64,000 bases of DNA from Bacteroidota bacterium (GTDB lineage Bacteria; Bacteroidota; Bacteroidia; CAILMK01; JACPUW01). A program made the translations under genes and the position numbers. The number at the start of each line of letters is the position of its first letter. The first letter of the stretch is position 1. Location: positions 1,450 through 65,449 of the forward strand of contig JACPUW010000032.1 of NCBI GenBank assembly GCA_016192035.1, in the 5' to 3' direction. Shown here one piece after another: positions 46,499 through 57,421 of this stretch. Below the pieces are notes generated by a model that ran no database searches, was not told where the DNA came from, and was given only the letters and a program-made list of their open reading frames with translations.

Positions 46499-48499
46499 TT
46501 AGTAACCAAATAGTTGGTCAAGTGCCACTAAAAGCCTGTCTTTCGCCAGGAATTGTTGTTCCAACTCCATATTGAAAGGTACCGGCGTGTCTAGGGAACT
46601 TACCCGGACTACTGGGCCATCCAAATACTCAAACAAATGTTGTCCAATCCAGGCTGCAAGTTCCGAACCAATACCAAACGACTCGGTATCTTCGGTCAAT
46701 ATCAATGCTTTACCCGTTTTTTTGACGCTTTCGGTTACCATTTCTTTATCCCAGGGCAAGAGCGTACGCAAGTCAATTAAATCGGCATGGATATGCGGCC
46801 TGCTGTCCAGGACATCTTTAGCCCAGTGTACACCATACCCATAGGTTATGATGGACAAATCTTCTCCTTGGCCCACCCGGTTGGCCTTGCCTATGGGTAT
46901 GGCATAAATACCCGCAGGCACCTCGGCGCTTATGCTGCGGTAAAGGGCCTTATGTTCAAAAAACATGACTGGATTTGGGTCTTGGATGGATGAAAGCAGC
47001 AAGCCCTTGGCATCAATCGGATTTGAGGGATAGACCACCTTTAGGCCAGGAGTATGGGCAAACCAAGCCTCGGTAGATTGAGAGTGAAAAGGCCCAGCGC
47101 CTACCCCGGCTCCCGTAGGCATGCGCACTACCACGTCGGCAGGCTGGCCCCATCTATAGTATATCTTAGCTAAATTATTGACTATCTGTGTAAAGGCGCA
47201 TGTTACAAAATCAGAAAACTGCATTTCTACTATGGATTTCATTCCCTTGAGCGACAATCCCAAGGCCATGCCCACCACAGCCGATTCACAAATCGGTGTA
47301 TTGCGCACCCTTTCACTCCCGTATTTCTCCATAAGACCTTCAGTTACCTTGAAAACCCCACCATACCCCGCAATATCCTGTCCCATAATGACCAATTCAG
47401 GCCAGTGCCCCATGGCTTGGTCTATGGCCTGGGCGCAAGCGTCAACCAGCCTGGCATTGGTTAGTTCCCCTGTTGGCAAGTCCAGGTTTAGTGCGGGTAT
47501 TGTGGTTTGGTGCACATCAGGTTCCATATATACTTCGCGCAATTCTACCATAGGATCCAGTGTGGGCCAGGGCATGGCATTGGCATCTTTTAGCCCTTTG
47601 TCTATCTGGGCCTTAAACTCCCCTTTGGTTATTTTGATAGATTCAGGGGAAATCAATCCTTCTTCAAGCAACCAGTTTTCATACAGCGTGACAGGGTCTT
47701 TGGCCGCCCAGTGGTCTAAGAGTTCCTTAGGCACATACTTGGTGCCCGATGCCTCTTCATGCCCCCGCATCCTAAATGTTTTGCATTCTACCAAAACCGG
47801 CCTGGGGTTTACCCGTATTTCTTGGGCCAGTCGGCCTATGGTATCATAGACTTCCACCACATTATTGCCATCTATGGCCAAACCCTCCATGCCATAACCC
47901 TTGGCCTTTTCCCAGAGGTTTTCACAGGCATACTGTTCCAGGGTAGGGGTTGATAGCCCATATCCATTGTTTTCAATTAAAAAAATTACCGGTAGGTTCC
48001 ACACTGCGGCCATGTTGAGCGCTTCGTGAAATTCGCCTTCCGAAGTGCCACCATCGCCGGTAAAGGCCAGCGCACACCGCGCTTCCTTTTTAAGCTTATG
48101 GGCCAGCGCCACACCGGCTGCCACGCTTAATTGTGGACCCAGGTGTGAGATCATGCCACATATATAGTGTTCATTGTCACCAAAATGAAATGAACGTTCA
48201 CGGCCCTTGGAATACCCGGTGGCCTTGCCCATCCACTGGGCAAAGAGCCTTTGGAGCGGCATGTGGCGGGTAGTAAAAACGCCTAGGTTGCGGTGGAGGG
48301 GCATGATGTATTCATCATCCAGCATGGCCGCAGTGGCCCCTACCGATATGGCTTCTTGCCCTATGCCAGAAAACCACTTGCTCACTTCACCTTTTCTCAG
48401 CAACAGCAACATTTTCTCCTCTATCATTCTAGGAAGCAACATGCTATTGTACAAATAAATAAGTGTTTCCCTGTCGATTCTTTTACTCGAAAATTCCAT
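46499..48499 (-). CDS. Fused 2-oxoacid dehydrogenase E1 component alpha/beta subunit (TPP-dependent)
   Basis: The 666-aa ORF has an E1-alpha TPP-binding motif (…AFTGDGGTSEGEFHEALNMAAVWNLPVIFLIENNGYG…), then a transketolase-like E1-beta half. No E2 or E3 gene is adjacent. Confidence 0.8.
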   Translation of the reverse strand: MEFSSKRIDRETLIYLYNSMLLPRMIEEKMLLLLRKGEVSKWFSGIGQEAISVGATAAMLDDEYIMPLHRNLGVFTTRHMPLQRLFAQWMGKATGYSKGRERSFHFGDNEHYICGMISHLGPQLSVAAGVALAHKLKKEARCALAFTGDGGTSEGEFHEALNMAAVWNLPVIFLIENNGYGLSTPTLEQYACENLWEKAKGYGMEGLAIDGNNVVEVYDTIGRLAQEIRVNPRPVLVECKTFRMRGHEEASGTKYVPKELLDHWAAKDPVTLYENWLLEEGLISPESIKITKGEFKAQIDKGLKDANAMPWPTLDPMVELREVYMEPDVHQTTIPALNLDLPTGELTNARLVDACAQAIDQAMGHWPELVIMGQDIAGYGGVFKVTEGLMEKYGSERVRNTPICESAVVGMALGLSLKGMKSIVEMQFSDFVTCAFTQIVNNLAKIYYRWGQPADVVVRMPTGAGVGAGPFHSQSTEAWFAHTPGLKVVYPSNPIDAKGLLLSSIQDPNPVMFFEHKALYRSISAEVPAGIYAIPIGKANRVGQGEDLSIITYGYGVHWAKDVLDSRPHIHADLIDLRTLLPWDKEMVTESVKKTGKALILTEDTESFGIGSELAAWIGQHLFEYLDGPVVRVSSLDTPVPFNMELEQQFLAKDRLLVALDQLFGY

Positions 48500-48929
48500 G
48501 AGGCGGATATATGAGGCGAAAATAGGCCAGCCCAGAAGGCTGGTGATAAGGAAAAACCCATGGGTAAAGGCGGTTTATGGGGCAAAAACCAATTCCATCC
48601 ACAGCCATTTTCCGTACTTACCACCAATTACCTATGGATATGGCCTTTCCAATAACTGAGTATTGCTACTGTGTTAGGTAACCTCATTACCAATAGAAAC
48701 CTGGGCCTAGGGAGTACTTGTTCAAAGATGAAAACCTAACCATGATTCGCGTCCAGAGCAGTACGCCCAGTTATTCTTATTGCCTGCCGCGCCCCGCGCC
48801 GCACAAAATGAAAACAGTGAGAAGTTTTGTCAACCTGCGCTCACTGCCTAGAGAAGCCGGCTTGGTAAATTGCAGGCCACTATACCATGACCGGTTATTC
48901 CAAATTCTTATACCGCATAGAGTTATACC

Positions 48930-50702
48930 ATGTCCGTCACCATGCATAGTAGCAGGTTTAATTGGCTATTGGCCGCAATCCCCCTAGTGCTGGGTTTACT
49001 GGCACACTCCAACGGGGTGGGAGGAGAACTACTACTATTTGACGACAATCAATACTTTGAATCATATCCAGAAATACGTACGCTCAACTGGGAAAATGTG
49101 CGGAAATATTTCAGCAATCACTATGTAATCATGTACCACCCCTTGCCCATACTGTCTATGGCGGTACAGTATCATTTTACGGGCAGCGACCCATATCCCT
49201 TACATGTATATAGCCTGGTATTGCACTTGCTCAATATATTGTTGGTATCTGTCCTGGCAAGGAGGCTAGGGGTCACTGCCATAGGCGCACTAATCGCCTC
49301 GAGTGTGTTTGCCGTTCACCCCATGGCTACCGAGTCGGTGGCTTGGTTTTCTGCCCGCAGTAGCCTTATGTACTCCCTCTTTTTCATGCTTGCCCTCATC
49401 GCCTATATTCAGTACATAAAGCAACAGTCCAATTGGGTCATATGGTACATAATCTGTATTTTATGCGCCATTTTGTCCTTTTTTAGCAAGGCCAATGCAC
49501 TCCCCCTTCCTTTTGTGCTACTGCTTGTGGACTGGTATCTGGGGCGCAGATGGTCATGGAAAATGGCCGCTGACAAACTACCGTTCCTGGCCATGTCGGT
49601 GGGCTTTGGGCTCATGGCCCTTAGCGACCAAGGCACTTCCAACAATTTATACCTGGGGGCAGAAAACCATGGCATATTCCACGGCTTGTTGTTCAGTTCC
49701 TATTCACTGTGGCACTACCTGGTCCACTTTTTTATACCCTATCACCTTTCGGCCATTCATACCTATCCACTCATGGTAGAGGGCACACTTCCCATCGCCT
49801 TTTATCTGGCTCCCTTAGGTTTGGCCATATTGGTTTTTGTGCTCTGGCGGCTAAAACCACACCGGTCCATCCTATTTGCCACCTTGTTTTTTGGCCTGGT
49901 CATATCAGTTACCCTACAGGTGGTGCCATCAAGACTCTTTATGATGGCCGATAGATATACCTACCTGCCCTATGTGGGGTTTGTGACTGCCCTGGGCCAC
50001 GGCTTGGGCACTAAGGCCAAATCCTGGCACTGGATACTCCTATGTGGCTGGATAGCTGGCCTAACCCTAGCCGCCCACCACCGCAATACCTTTTGGAACA
50101 ACACATTGACACTGGTAAACGACATCATTGACAAGAATCCTGAACATCCGTACCTGAGCCGTGCCTTTGGCATACGCGCCTTGGAACTGGAGAAAAAAGG
50201 AGACTGGAAACATGCCCTTGCCGATCAATCCAAAGCCATAGCGCTGAGGCCAACCGAAGGCCAATCATATTATAACAGAGGCCGGTTACACTATAATATG
50301 AACCGCTATGACCTGGCCAAAAGCGATTTTGAAAAAGCCCTGGAAATCTTGGGGCCTCACCACGACCTATGGAACTACCTAGCCGGCATAGCATTCAACC
50401 AGAAAAGGTTTGAAGATGCGGTAAGCCTGTACAAAAAAGCCCTGTTGCTCAACGACAACCGGAGCGAAACCTGGAGAAACCTGGGGGCAAGCCAAGCCAT
50501 GATTGGAAAGCTGGAAAAGGCCCTCGGCGCCTTTGACAAAGCCTTGGCCTTATCGCCCGGTGATTCGGAGAACTACCGTATGAGAGGCCTCTTGTACCTA
50601 CGTATGAACCTAAGGGATAGCGCCTGCGATGACTTGCTCCGGGCAAAACTATTGGGTGCCAAGACCGTTGATGAACTAATTGAAAAAAACCGCTGTCAAT
50701 AG
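48930..50702 (+). CDS. TMTC-like membrane protein: GT-C-fold (DUF1736/PMT-like) polytopic N-terminal domain + C-terminal TPR repeats
   Basis: The 590-aa ORF has about 400 aa with many TM helices. An acidic DD sits in the first predicted loop (LLLFDDNQYFESYPE), like the DE motif of GT39/ArnT-type transferases. The last ~190 aa form several TPR repeats. Confidence 0.55.
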   Translation: MSVTMHSSRFNWLLAAIPLVLGLLAHSNGVGGELLLFDDNQYFESYPEIRTLNWENVRKYFSNHYVIMYHPLPILSMAVQYHFTGSDPYPLHVYSLVLHLLNILLVSVLARRLGVTAIGALIASSVFAVHPMATESVAWFSARSSLMYSLFFMLALIAYIQYIKQQSNWVIWYIICILCAILSFFSKANALPLPFVLLLVDWYLGRRWSWKMAADKLPFLAMSVGFGLMALSDQGTSNNLYLGAENHGIFHGLLFSSYSLWHYLVHFFIPYHLSAIHTYPLMVEGTLPIAFYLAPLGLAILVFVLWRLKPHRSILFATLFFGLVISVTLQVVPSRLFMMADRYTYLPYVGFVTALGHGLGTKAKSWHWILLCGWIAGLTLAAHHRNTFWNNTLTLVNDIIDKNPEHPYLSRAFGIRALELEKKGDWKHALADQSKAIALRPTEGQSYYNRGRLHYNMNRYDLAKSDFEKALEILGPHHDLWNYLAGIAFNQKRFEDAVSLYKKALLLNDNRSETWRNLGASQAMIGKLEKALGAFDKALALSPGDSENYRMRGLLYLRMNLRDSACDDLLRAKLLGAKTVDELIEKNRCQ

Positions 50703-50711
50703 GCCATCAGT

Positions 50712-51599
50712 ATGAACAACTCCATTTTCAACGACATAAAACTCCAGGTGCTGCAAGGAAGAAACACCATAGTGCACCTCATTGCCATCAATGTGGGTTT
50801 ATTCTTGGTCATGGCCATTCCCCTAGGCATACTCTCCGTACTCTCGCCACACGCCATGCGCAATACCTACGCTTGGATCACTGACTGGTTGTTCATTCCG
50901 GCCGACCCCATGGTATTTTTCACCCGTCCCTGGACACTCATCACCCATTTTTTCCTTCATAGCTTTAGCATAGGCCACATACTCTGGAACATGCTCATTT
51001 TCTTTTGGTTTGGCCGCATTTACCACAATTTGCTGGGCAATCAGCGCAGCCTACAGCTATATTTACTTGCGGGCATGGCAGGAGGATTGGCCTATTTAAT
51101 CAGCGCACAGGTATTGCCCACCATTTCTGGCAGTGGCCAATTGGTAGGTGCATCGGGGGCCATTATGGGGTTTGTAGTAGCGGCCACAACCCTGAGCCCT
51201 ACATTCACCATTCGTTTACTCTTTTTTGGCGACATAAAACTCTGGATGATAGCTGCTTTCATGATTGTGAGCGATTTGGTTTTCTTGGCGGAAAACACTG
51301 GGGGCAGAGTAGCCCATCTGGCCGGTGGTTTTATGGGTTATCTATTTGTAACACAGCTACGCCAGGGGCGCGATCTGGGAAGGTGGATTACCCAATTGCT
51401 TGGCACCCTAAAAGGAGTAGCCAATTTTGAGAAAAAAACACGCTTTCAGGTACATAGGGGCAAATCAAGCCACTCAGCCACTCAGCCCGTGGGGCAAGAA
51501 CAGATTGATGCCATACTCGACAAAATATTGCGCACGGGATATGACTCCTTGAGCCAAAGGGAAAAAGACATCCTATTCCGTTCGGGCAATTCTGAGTAA
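50712..51599 (+). CDS. Rhomboid-family intramembrane serine protease
   Basis: The 295-aa ORF has the catalytic GASGAIMGF (GxSG) and the downstream His in a TM helix (AHLAGGFMGY), plus a C-terminal extension. It starts 10 nt after the upstream gene. Confidence 0.7.
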   Translation: MNNSIFNDIKLQVLQGRNTIVHLIAINVGLFLVMAIPLGILSVLSPHAMRNTYAWITDWLFIPADPMVFFTRPWTLITHFFLHSFSIGHILWNMLIFFWFGRIYHNLLGNQRSLQLYLLAGMAGGLAYLISAQVLPTISGSGQLVGASGAIMGFVVAATTLSPTFTIRLLFFGDIKLWMIAAFMIVSDLVFLAENTGGRVAHLAGGFMGYLFVTQLRQGRDLGRWITQLLGTLKGVANFEKKTRFQVHRGKSSHSATQPVGQEQIDAILDKILRTGYDSLSQREKDILFRSGNSE

Positions 51600-51660
51600 G
51601 GCGGGTTGGTGCCCTGCCTAATTTTGCCCGCTCCTTATTACCAACAGAAATACTTGACCC

Positions 51661-53166
51661 ATGAATGGGATAAAAAAACACAATTTACACATATACAATA
51701 GCCTAACAAGAAAAAAAGAGCGATTTGAACCCTTGAGGTCCTCATCGGTAGGCATGTATGTGTGTGGCCCCACCGTATATGGAGACCCCCACCTAGGCCA
51801 TGCCAGGCCTTATACCACTTTTGACGTGTTGTTTCGCTACTTGGTCTATCTGGGGTATAAGGTGCGCTATGTGCGCAACATTACCGATGTGGGCCATTTG
51901 GTTAACGATGCGGACGAGGGGGCGGACAAAATAGCCCAAAAAGCAAAATTGGAGCAACTGGAACCTATGGAAGTGGTTCAGCGCTACACCAATAGTTTCC
52001 ATGATGCCATGCGCATGCTGAACAATCTGCCTCCAAGCATAGAGCCTTCGGCGGCCGGGCACATACCAGAGCAAATCAAAATGGTGCAGGAAATCCTTGA
52101 TGCCGGATTGGGCTACATTACCCAAGGTTCGGTGTATTTTGATGTATCCAAATACGCTCAGGGCCATGACTATGGCCAGCTTTCGGGCAAGGTGCTTGAA
52201 GACCTCATAGCCAGTGCCGACCGCGACGAGACCCCAAGAAGCCTAGAGGGCCAGGATGAAAAACGCAGTCCAGCCGATTTTGCCATTTGGAAAAAGGCGC
52301 TACCAGAACACATCATGCGCTGGGAATCGCCCTGGAGCGATGGTTTCCCGGGATGGCACCTGGAGTGCTCGGCCATGAGCCGGAAATACCTCGGATTCCC
52401 TTTTGATATACACGGCGGCGGCATGGACCTGCTCTTTCCTCACCACGAATGTGAAATAGCACAGGCACAAGCGGCTACTGGCACAAGTCCAGTAAAATAC
52501 TGGATGCACAACAACATGATCACCTTGGATGGAAAGAAAATGGGCAAGTCCTACGGCAACGGGATCAACCTGCACCAGTTTTTTACGGGCGACCACCCAC
52601 TTTTGGAACAAGCGTATAGCCCCATGACCGTACGTTTTTACATCCTCACGGCCCACTATCGCTCCACATTGGATTTTGGCAATGAAGCCTTGAAAGCGGC
52701 ACACAAGGCGTATCAACGGCTCATGAATGCCCAAGACTTACTGCAAACACTCTCAGCAAGTAAGAATCAAAACAATTGGGACTTGGCCGCCTGGGAAAAA
52801 AACTGCTTTGATGTACTGGACGACGACTTAAACACAGCCCAACTCATTGCCCTTTTGTTTGAAGGGGCCAAGCAGGCAAACCTGCTCAAGGAGGGCAAAA
52901 TAGGCATGGATCATTCCCAGCTTGAACGTTTTAAGGCGATTTATAACACATTGCTGACAGATATCCTGGGCCTTAGGGCAGAAGAAGGCAGCCATGAAAG
53001 TGACCATGTGCTTGAAGGTGTGATGGATTTGGTACTTGCACTGCGGCATGATGCCAAGCTGGCCAAAGACTGGGCCACCGCCGACAAAATCAGGAACCGG
53101 CTCACCGAAATGCGGATCAAGGTAATGGACGGCAAGGACGGCAGCCGATGGGAAAAGGGGGATTAG
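51661..53166 (+). CDS. cysS: Cysteine--tRNA ligase
   Basis: The 501-aa ORF has HIGH-class motifs [15 protein letters not shown] and KMGKSYGN (KMSKS), with zinc-binding Cys residues (…WHLECSAM…). Confidence 0.9.
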   Translation: MNGIKKHNLHIYNSLTRKKERFEPLRSSSVGMYVCGPTVYGDPHLGHARPYTTFDVLFRYLVYLGYKVRYVRNITDVGHLVNDADEGADKIAQKAKLEQLEPMEVVQRYTNSFHDAMRMLNNLPPSIEPSAAGHIPEQIKMVQEILDAGLGYITQGSVYFDVSKYAQGHDYGQLSGKVLEDLIASADRDETPRSLEGQDEKRSPADFAIWKKALPEHIMRWESPWSDGFPGWHLECSAMSRKYLGFPFDIHGGGMDLLFPHHECEIAQAQAATGTSPVKYWMHNNMITLDGKKMGKSYGNGINLHQFFTGDHPLLEQAYSPMTVRFYILTAHYRSTLDFGNEALKAAHKAYQRLMNAQDLLQTLSASKNQNNWDLAAWEKNCFDVLDDDLNTAQLIALLFEGAKQANLLKEGKIGMDHSQLERFKAIYNTLLTDILGLRAEEGSHESDHVLEGVMDLVLALRHDAKLAKDWATADKIRNRLTEMRIKVMDGKDGSRWEKGD

Positions 53167-53177
53167 TGAACAGGTAT

Positions 53178-55610
53178 TTAGAAATCAAACTTGTAGTAGA
53201 ACACTGGTAAGAAGCCTATTTGGTAGCTATAGGCCAGGTCACTGCCCGCATTGATGCCCGGTGCCCAGGCTATGTTTAATATATTCCTGGTTCCAAATAG
53301 GTTAACCAAATCAAAGGCCAGTTCATGTGACACCTTGGGCCGGTTTACTACATAGGTAATGCGCAGGTCGGTGCGGAAATAGTCCTTAAACCTTAATTCA
53401 TTTCTCTTCTCATCTTTCCATATGATTTCCTTGGCGGCCTCAGTGGCGGCGGTATCCACTATACCATGTCGCCTGCCCCCCGCATAGATAAGCTTGGGCC
53501 CTATGCCCATCACTGCGTTTTTTGTAATCTTAAATTCTTTGGTCCCCAGTATGTTGAACATGTAGTTGCCGTTAAAATCGGTATTTCTCAATATTCCGTC
53601 ACTACCACGGTATTTGGATTCATACAGCGACGCGGTGGCCATAAAAAAGTAGTTGTTGTCAAAAAATCGCTCTAGGGTAAATTCAATTCCATAGTTGTGT
53701 CCGGTACCCGTATTTTCAAGCTGTAGGGGGAAGAACCTGGAGAATCCTGATCCAGAATTGATTAAGGAGAAGGCAGATTCCCTATCCCTCTCCACAGGAA
53801 TGTTAAACAGGTGCTGGTAATAGGTTTCTGCCTTGAACCGCAAGTTTTTGCCCAGCATGGCATTATAGCCCAACACGGCATGCCAACTTTTGCTTAGGCC
53901 CATACCTCGGTTGTACTCCCAGCCATTGCTGGCTACCAGCGCAGGGTCGGTGTAATAGTATAGGTAGGGCGATTGAATCTGGGTATGCAAGCCTCCCCCT
54001 AGGGTGATGCTCTGGTTGTTTTCCAGTGCCAAGCGCAACCCCAGCCTGGGCTCTATGGGTGAAAGGCTGTTGCTGAGACTATAGAATGTGCCGTGTATGC
54101 CCACATTGGCTGAAAGGCGATCGGTAAAATTGTGCTTATACTGCATATAATACTGGGCCAAAACCGCCTTGCCGTTGGCATCCCAGCGCACTGTCCAATC
54201 GTGGGAATTAGGCCAAAGGCCATCATTTTCTATGCGCAGGCTGTCATGGTACCGCATTCCGTATAGGTCAGCCATTAGACCCACTTTCAGCACCTTACCC
54301 GGTGCCAGTTTGCGGTATAGCGAGGAGGAGAGTGTGTATTTTGATTCTGAAAAAGTATAATCCAAGAGCGGGGTAACCACTGCCCCTTCTGGGTTAAATG
54401 TGCCATCGGCCAGGGTGTCACGGCCTACTATCCTGTCATGGTGGGCATTGATCTTTTGGTTTGATGCTGCCAGAGTGGTTTTCCAATACGTGTTTTTGTT
54501 GATGGGGTAACTGTAGGTAATCCCGGTTATGCCCACGTTTGACCTGAAATACTGGTCCCGGTCGCTATCGCCATAGAGTTCTTGGACAGGCTCTATCTGT
54601 GGACTTATCAATATCTCGGTGTATGACAAGCCTCCCATGCCCCACAAGGCCAGTTCGGCGCCGTTCTTTTGGGGAAAGGAAAACCTAAACGAAGCGTCCT
54701 GGTAAGTAGGTGATGAGTTGGTGCCCACATCAATACCCATTGACAAAAAGAGGGAAATAGTGGAATACCTATAGTTGACCAGGTAAGAGGAGCCTTTTTC
54801 CTTACTTATGGGGCCTTCGGCAAAGGCTTCCATGCCCATGAGGCCAAACATGCCGCTAAACTCGTGCTTTTGGTTGTTGCCGTTGCGCAGCCTTAGGTCA
54901 AACACCCCCGCCGTACTATTGCCAAATTCGGCCGGAAAGGCCCCGGTATAAAAGTCGGAATTGCGCAATGTTTTGAAATTGACTATACTTATAGGCCCCC
55001 CATTGGTACCGGGTATGGCAAAATGGTTGGGGTTTGGTATGATGACCCCTTCTACTTGCCAAATAACGGATTGGGGGGAATTTCCCCTGATCACGATGTC
55101 ATTGCGCGAATCATCCGCCCCCTGTACCCCGGCAAAATTGGATGCCGTACGCGCAGGATCTCCCCGGCTACCGGCATATCGCATGGTTTCATCCACGGTA
55201 AATTCCCTGGCACTTACCGTGGCCATTTCATTTTGCACTTCCCCGTCACGCGCCGTGCTTATTACCACCTCATCTAGGTTCATGGATGTTTCTTCCAACT
55301 CAATATTGAATATGACCTCTTTGGCCGAAGTAACCACTATATTATTGACAATCTTCTCCTTGTATCCAATATAATTTACTTTGAAACCCTGCCGCCCCAG
55401 GGGAACGGACTCAAGTCTATAGTTGCCATCGGCATCTGTTATTGCGCCCATTGCCACCGTGTTGTCAGGCCCCAAAAGAGATATGGTAGCGCCTATTAGT
55501 GGAAACTTGGTTTCGGCGTCTGTTATTTTACCTCTAACTACTTGGTTGATTTGCGCTTGGGCTGGATTAAGATATAAAAAAACCGCCAACACCAAAAATG
55601 CCTTGCTCAT
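53178..55610 (-). CDS. TonB-dependent outer-membrane receptor with N-terminal carboxypeptidase-regulatory-like domain
   Basis: The 810-aa ORF has a signal peptide, a CarbopepD_reg-like segment (VRGKITDAETKFPLIGATISL), a plug, a long barrel, and a terminal …YYKFDF. Confidence 0.8.
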   Translation of the reverse strand: MSKAFLVLAVFLYLNPAQAQINQVVRGKITDAETKFPLIGATISLLGPDNTVAMGAITDADGNYRLESVPLGRQGFKVNYIGYKEKIVNNIVVTSAKEVIFNIELEETSMNLDEVVISTARDGEVQNEMATVSAREFTVDETMRYAGSRGDPARTASNFAGVQGADDSRNDIVIRGNSPQSVIWQVEGVIIPNPNHFAIPGTNGGPISIVNFKTLRNSDFYTGAFPAEFGNSTAGVFDLRLRNGNNQKHEFSGMFGLMGMEAFAEGPISKEKGSSYLVNYRYSTISLFLSMGIDVGTNSSPTYQDASFRFSFPQKNGAELALWGMGGLSYTEILISPQIEPVQELYGDSDRDQYFRSNVGITGITYSYPINKNTYWKTTLAASNQKINAHHDRIVGRDTLADGTFNPEGAVVTPLLDYTFSESKYTLSSSLYRKLAPGKVLKVGLMADLYGMRYHDSLRIENDGLWPNSHDWTVRWDANGKAVLAQYYMQYKHNFTDRLSANVGIHGTFYSLSNSLSPIEPRLGLRLALENNQSITLGGGLHTQIQSPYLYYYTDPALVASNGWEYNRGMGLSKSWHAVLGYNAMLGKNLRFKAETYYQHLFNIPVERDRESAFSLINSGSGFSRFFPLQLENTGTGHNYGIEFTLERFFDNNYFFMATASLYESKYRGSDGILRNTDFNGNYMFNILGTKEFKITKNAVMGIGPKLIYAGGRRHGIVDTAATEAAKEIIWKDEKRNELRFKDYFRTDLRITYVVNRPKVSHELAFDLVNLFGTRNILNIAWAPGINAGSDLAYSYQIGFLPVFYYKFDF

Positions 55611-55758
55611 GTGCTGATTTTAGGGGCAATATATGGGTATTCTTAACATGTAACCTTGGGCAATGGTGCCCTCTAATTGGCCGAACAAAAGGCCTTATGG
55701 ACAGGTTAGGGTAGCCAATCTACTTACCTTTGATGTCCCATTCCACCCCAAGATTACC

Positions 55759-56649
55759 ATGAACAGCTTTAAAACCATAGTGCCTGAAAATGTGCCCGTA
55801 CCAGAGTTGCACGGGTATCTACTGGGTGCCATAAACCCCAGGCCCATAGCCTTTGTGGCCACACTTGATGCCGAAAACCGGCCTAACCTGGCTCCGTTCA
55901 GTTTCTACAACGTGTTTGGGGCAAACCCGCCCATAGTGGTATTCTCCCCTGCCCGCCGTGGACGCGACAACAGTACCAAAAACACTTTTGAAAACCTTAA
56001 GGTAAGGGGGGAGTGTACCATCAACACGGTGAGTTACTCCATGATACACCAAGCTGTATTGGCGAGTACAGAATACCCAGCCGGGGTAAACGAATTTGCG
56101 AAAGCTGGTTTTGGCACCCTGAAATCAGAAGTGGTGAAAGTGCCCCGGGTGGCAGAATCACCTGCCCAAATGGAATGTAAGGTGCGCGATGTGATAAACT
56201 ATGGCAAACTGCCCGGAGGGGGCAACCTGGTAATAGCCGAGGTGGTACGCGTGCACGTGAGCACCCGGGTGCTGGATGATGCCGGAAAAATAGACCCCTA
56301 TAAGATTGACACAGTAGGCCGGTGTGGGGGCGAGTGGTACAACAGGGTGCGCGATGGGCTTTTTGAGATAGCCACGCCAAAAGGCCAAAGCAACGTAGGT
56401 TTTGATCAAATGCCCAAGCGGATTCGCGACAGCAAAGTGCTTACCGGCAATGATTTGGGCAAACTTGGCCTGGCCGCCGAACTGCCGAAGAAGGAATCCA
56501 TTGCGGAGTTTGTAAAGCAAAGCCCAGAGCTCAGAAACCTGCTAAACGAGGGGGAGATAGAACAGCGCCTGCATATACTTGCCAAGAAACACCTAGAAAA
56601 AGGCGACGTGGAAAGCGCATGGAAAGTGCTGATGGCCAACAAGGTGTGA
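55759..56649 (+). CDS. Flavin reductase-like FMN-binding family protein
   Basis: The start is taken at the internal ATG 55759 (MNSFKTIVPENVP…) of ORF 55663..56649. It has the flavin_reduct motif …NPRPIAFVATLDAENRPNLAPFSFYNVFGANPPIVVFSP…. Confidence 0.6.
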   Translation: MNSFKTIVPENVPVPELHGYLLGAINPRPIAFVATLDAENRPNLAPFSFYNVFGANPPIVVFSPARRGRDNSTKNTFENLKVRGECTINTVSYSMIHQAVLASTEYPAGVNEFAKAGFGTLKSEVVKVPRVAESPAQMECKVRDVINYGKLPGGGNLVIAEVVRVHVSTRVLDDAGKIDPYKIDTVGRCGGEWYNRVRDGLFEIATPKGQSNVGFDQMPKRIRDSKVLTGNDLGKLGLAAELPKKESIAEFVKQSPELRNLLNEGEIEQRLHILAKKHLEKGDVESAWKVLMANKV

Positions 56650-56724
56650 TTCGGGATGTGGAATGAAAAAAGTTTTTGGACAAATTGAAACTTATGCTAC
56701 TTTTGCAAGCCCAAATCCAAGGAG

Positions 56725-57033
56725 ATGTACGCAATAGTTGAAATTGCAGGAATGCAATACAAAGTAGAAAAAGACCAAAAGATTTACACCAATAGGCTGG
56801 AAGGAGCCCAGGGAGATGAATTGACCTTTGACAAGGTGCTGCTACTGGACCGCGACGGGGAAGTACAGATAGGCTCCCCCAGCGTGAGCGGCAGTTCGGT
56901 AAAAGCCACCATCTTGGGTCATGTAAAAGGCGATAAATTAATCGTATTCAAAAAGAAACGCCGCAAGGGTTACGAAAAGAAAAACGGCCATAGGCAAGCA
57001 CTTACCCAATTGGAAATTAAAGAAATAGCTTAA
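56725..57033 (+). CDS. rplU: 50S ribosomal protein L21
   Basis: The 102-aa ORF begins [21 protein letters not shown]…. Confidence 0.9.
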   Translation: MYAIVEIAGMQYKVEKDQKIYTNRLEGAQGDELTFDKVLLLDRDGEVQIGSPSVSGSSVKATILGHVKGDKLIVFKKKRRKGYEKKNGHRQALTQLEIKEIA

Positions 57034-57043
57034 TCATACACAC

Positions 57044-57313
57044 ATGGCACACAAAAAAGGCGTTGGTAGTTCCAAAAACGGACGCGAGTCTGAAAGCAAA
57101 CGACTTGGAGTAAAAGTGTTTGGAGGACAACAGGTTATTAACGGCAACATCATTATCCGCCAGCGTGGCACCCACCACCACCCCGGAGCCAATGTAGGCA
57201 TAGGCAAAGACCATACGCTCTATGCATTGACCGATGGCGTGGTAGCCTTTAAGAAAACCATAGTAAATAAAAAGCCCAGGTCTTTTGTCTCGGTGGTTCC
57301 CGCCCAGGCATAA
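57044..57313 (+). CDS. rpmA: 50S ribosomal protein L27
   Basis: The 89-aa ORF begins [29 protein letters not shown]…. Confidence 0.9.
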   Translation: MAHKKGVGSSKNGRESESKRLGVKVFGGQQVINGNIIIRQRGTHHHPGANVGIGKDHTLYALTDGVVAFKKTIVNKKPRSFVSVVPAQA

Positions 57314-57359
57314 GCCCGTGTTCACCAACCCAGTTTTTTTTACCCACAAGACATAAATA

Positions 57360-57388
57360 GCTGACCTATCGCGGGTCGGCTTTTTTTA
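57360..57388. terminator. Rho-independent terminator after rplU-rpmA (also downstream of the convergent 1407-aa gene)
   Basis: Stem GCTGACC (57360-57366), loop TATCGCG, stem GGTCGGC (57374-57380, with one G-U pair), then a 7-nt T-run. Confidence 0.6.
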
Positions 57389-57421
57389 TGCCCAGTACAT
57401 GGGAAAGGCCCACCAACCGGC

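Noticed and set aside
48718-48987. 89-aa ORF in the 430-bp intergenic region
   Set aside because: It overlaps the start of the TMTC-like gene in another frame and has no motif. It is more likely non-coding leader or promoter sequence.
51600-51660. GC hairpin (GCGGG…CCCGC) between rhomboid and cysS as a terminator
   Set aside because: It has a 5-bp stem with a 21-nt loop and only a weak T-tract. This is insufficient to call.
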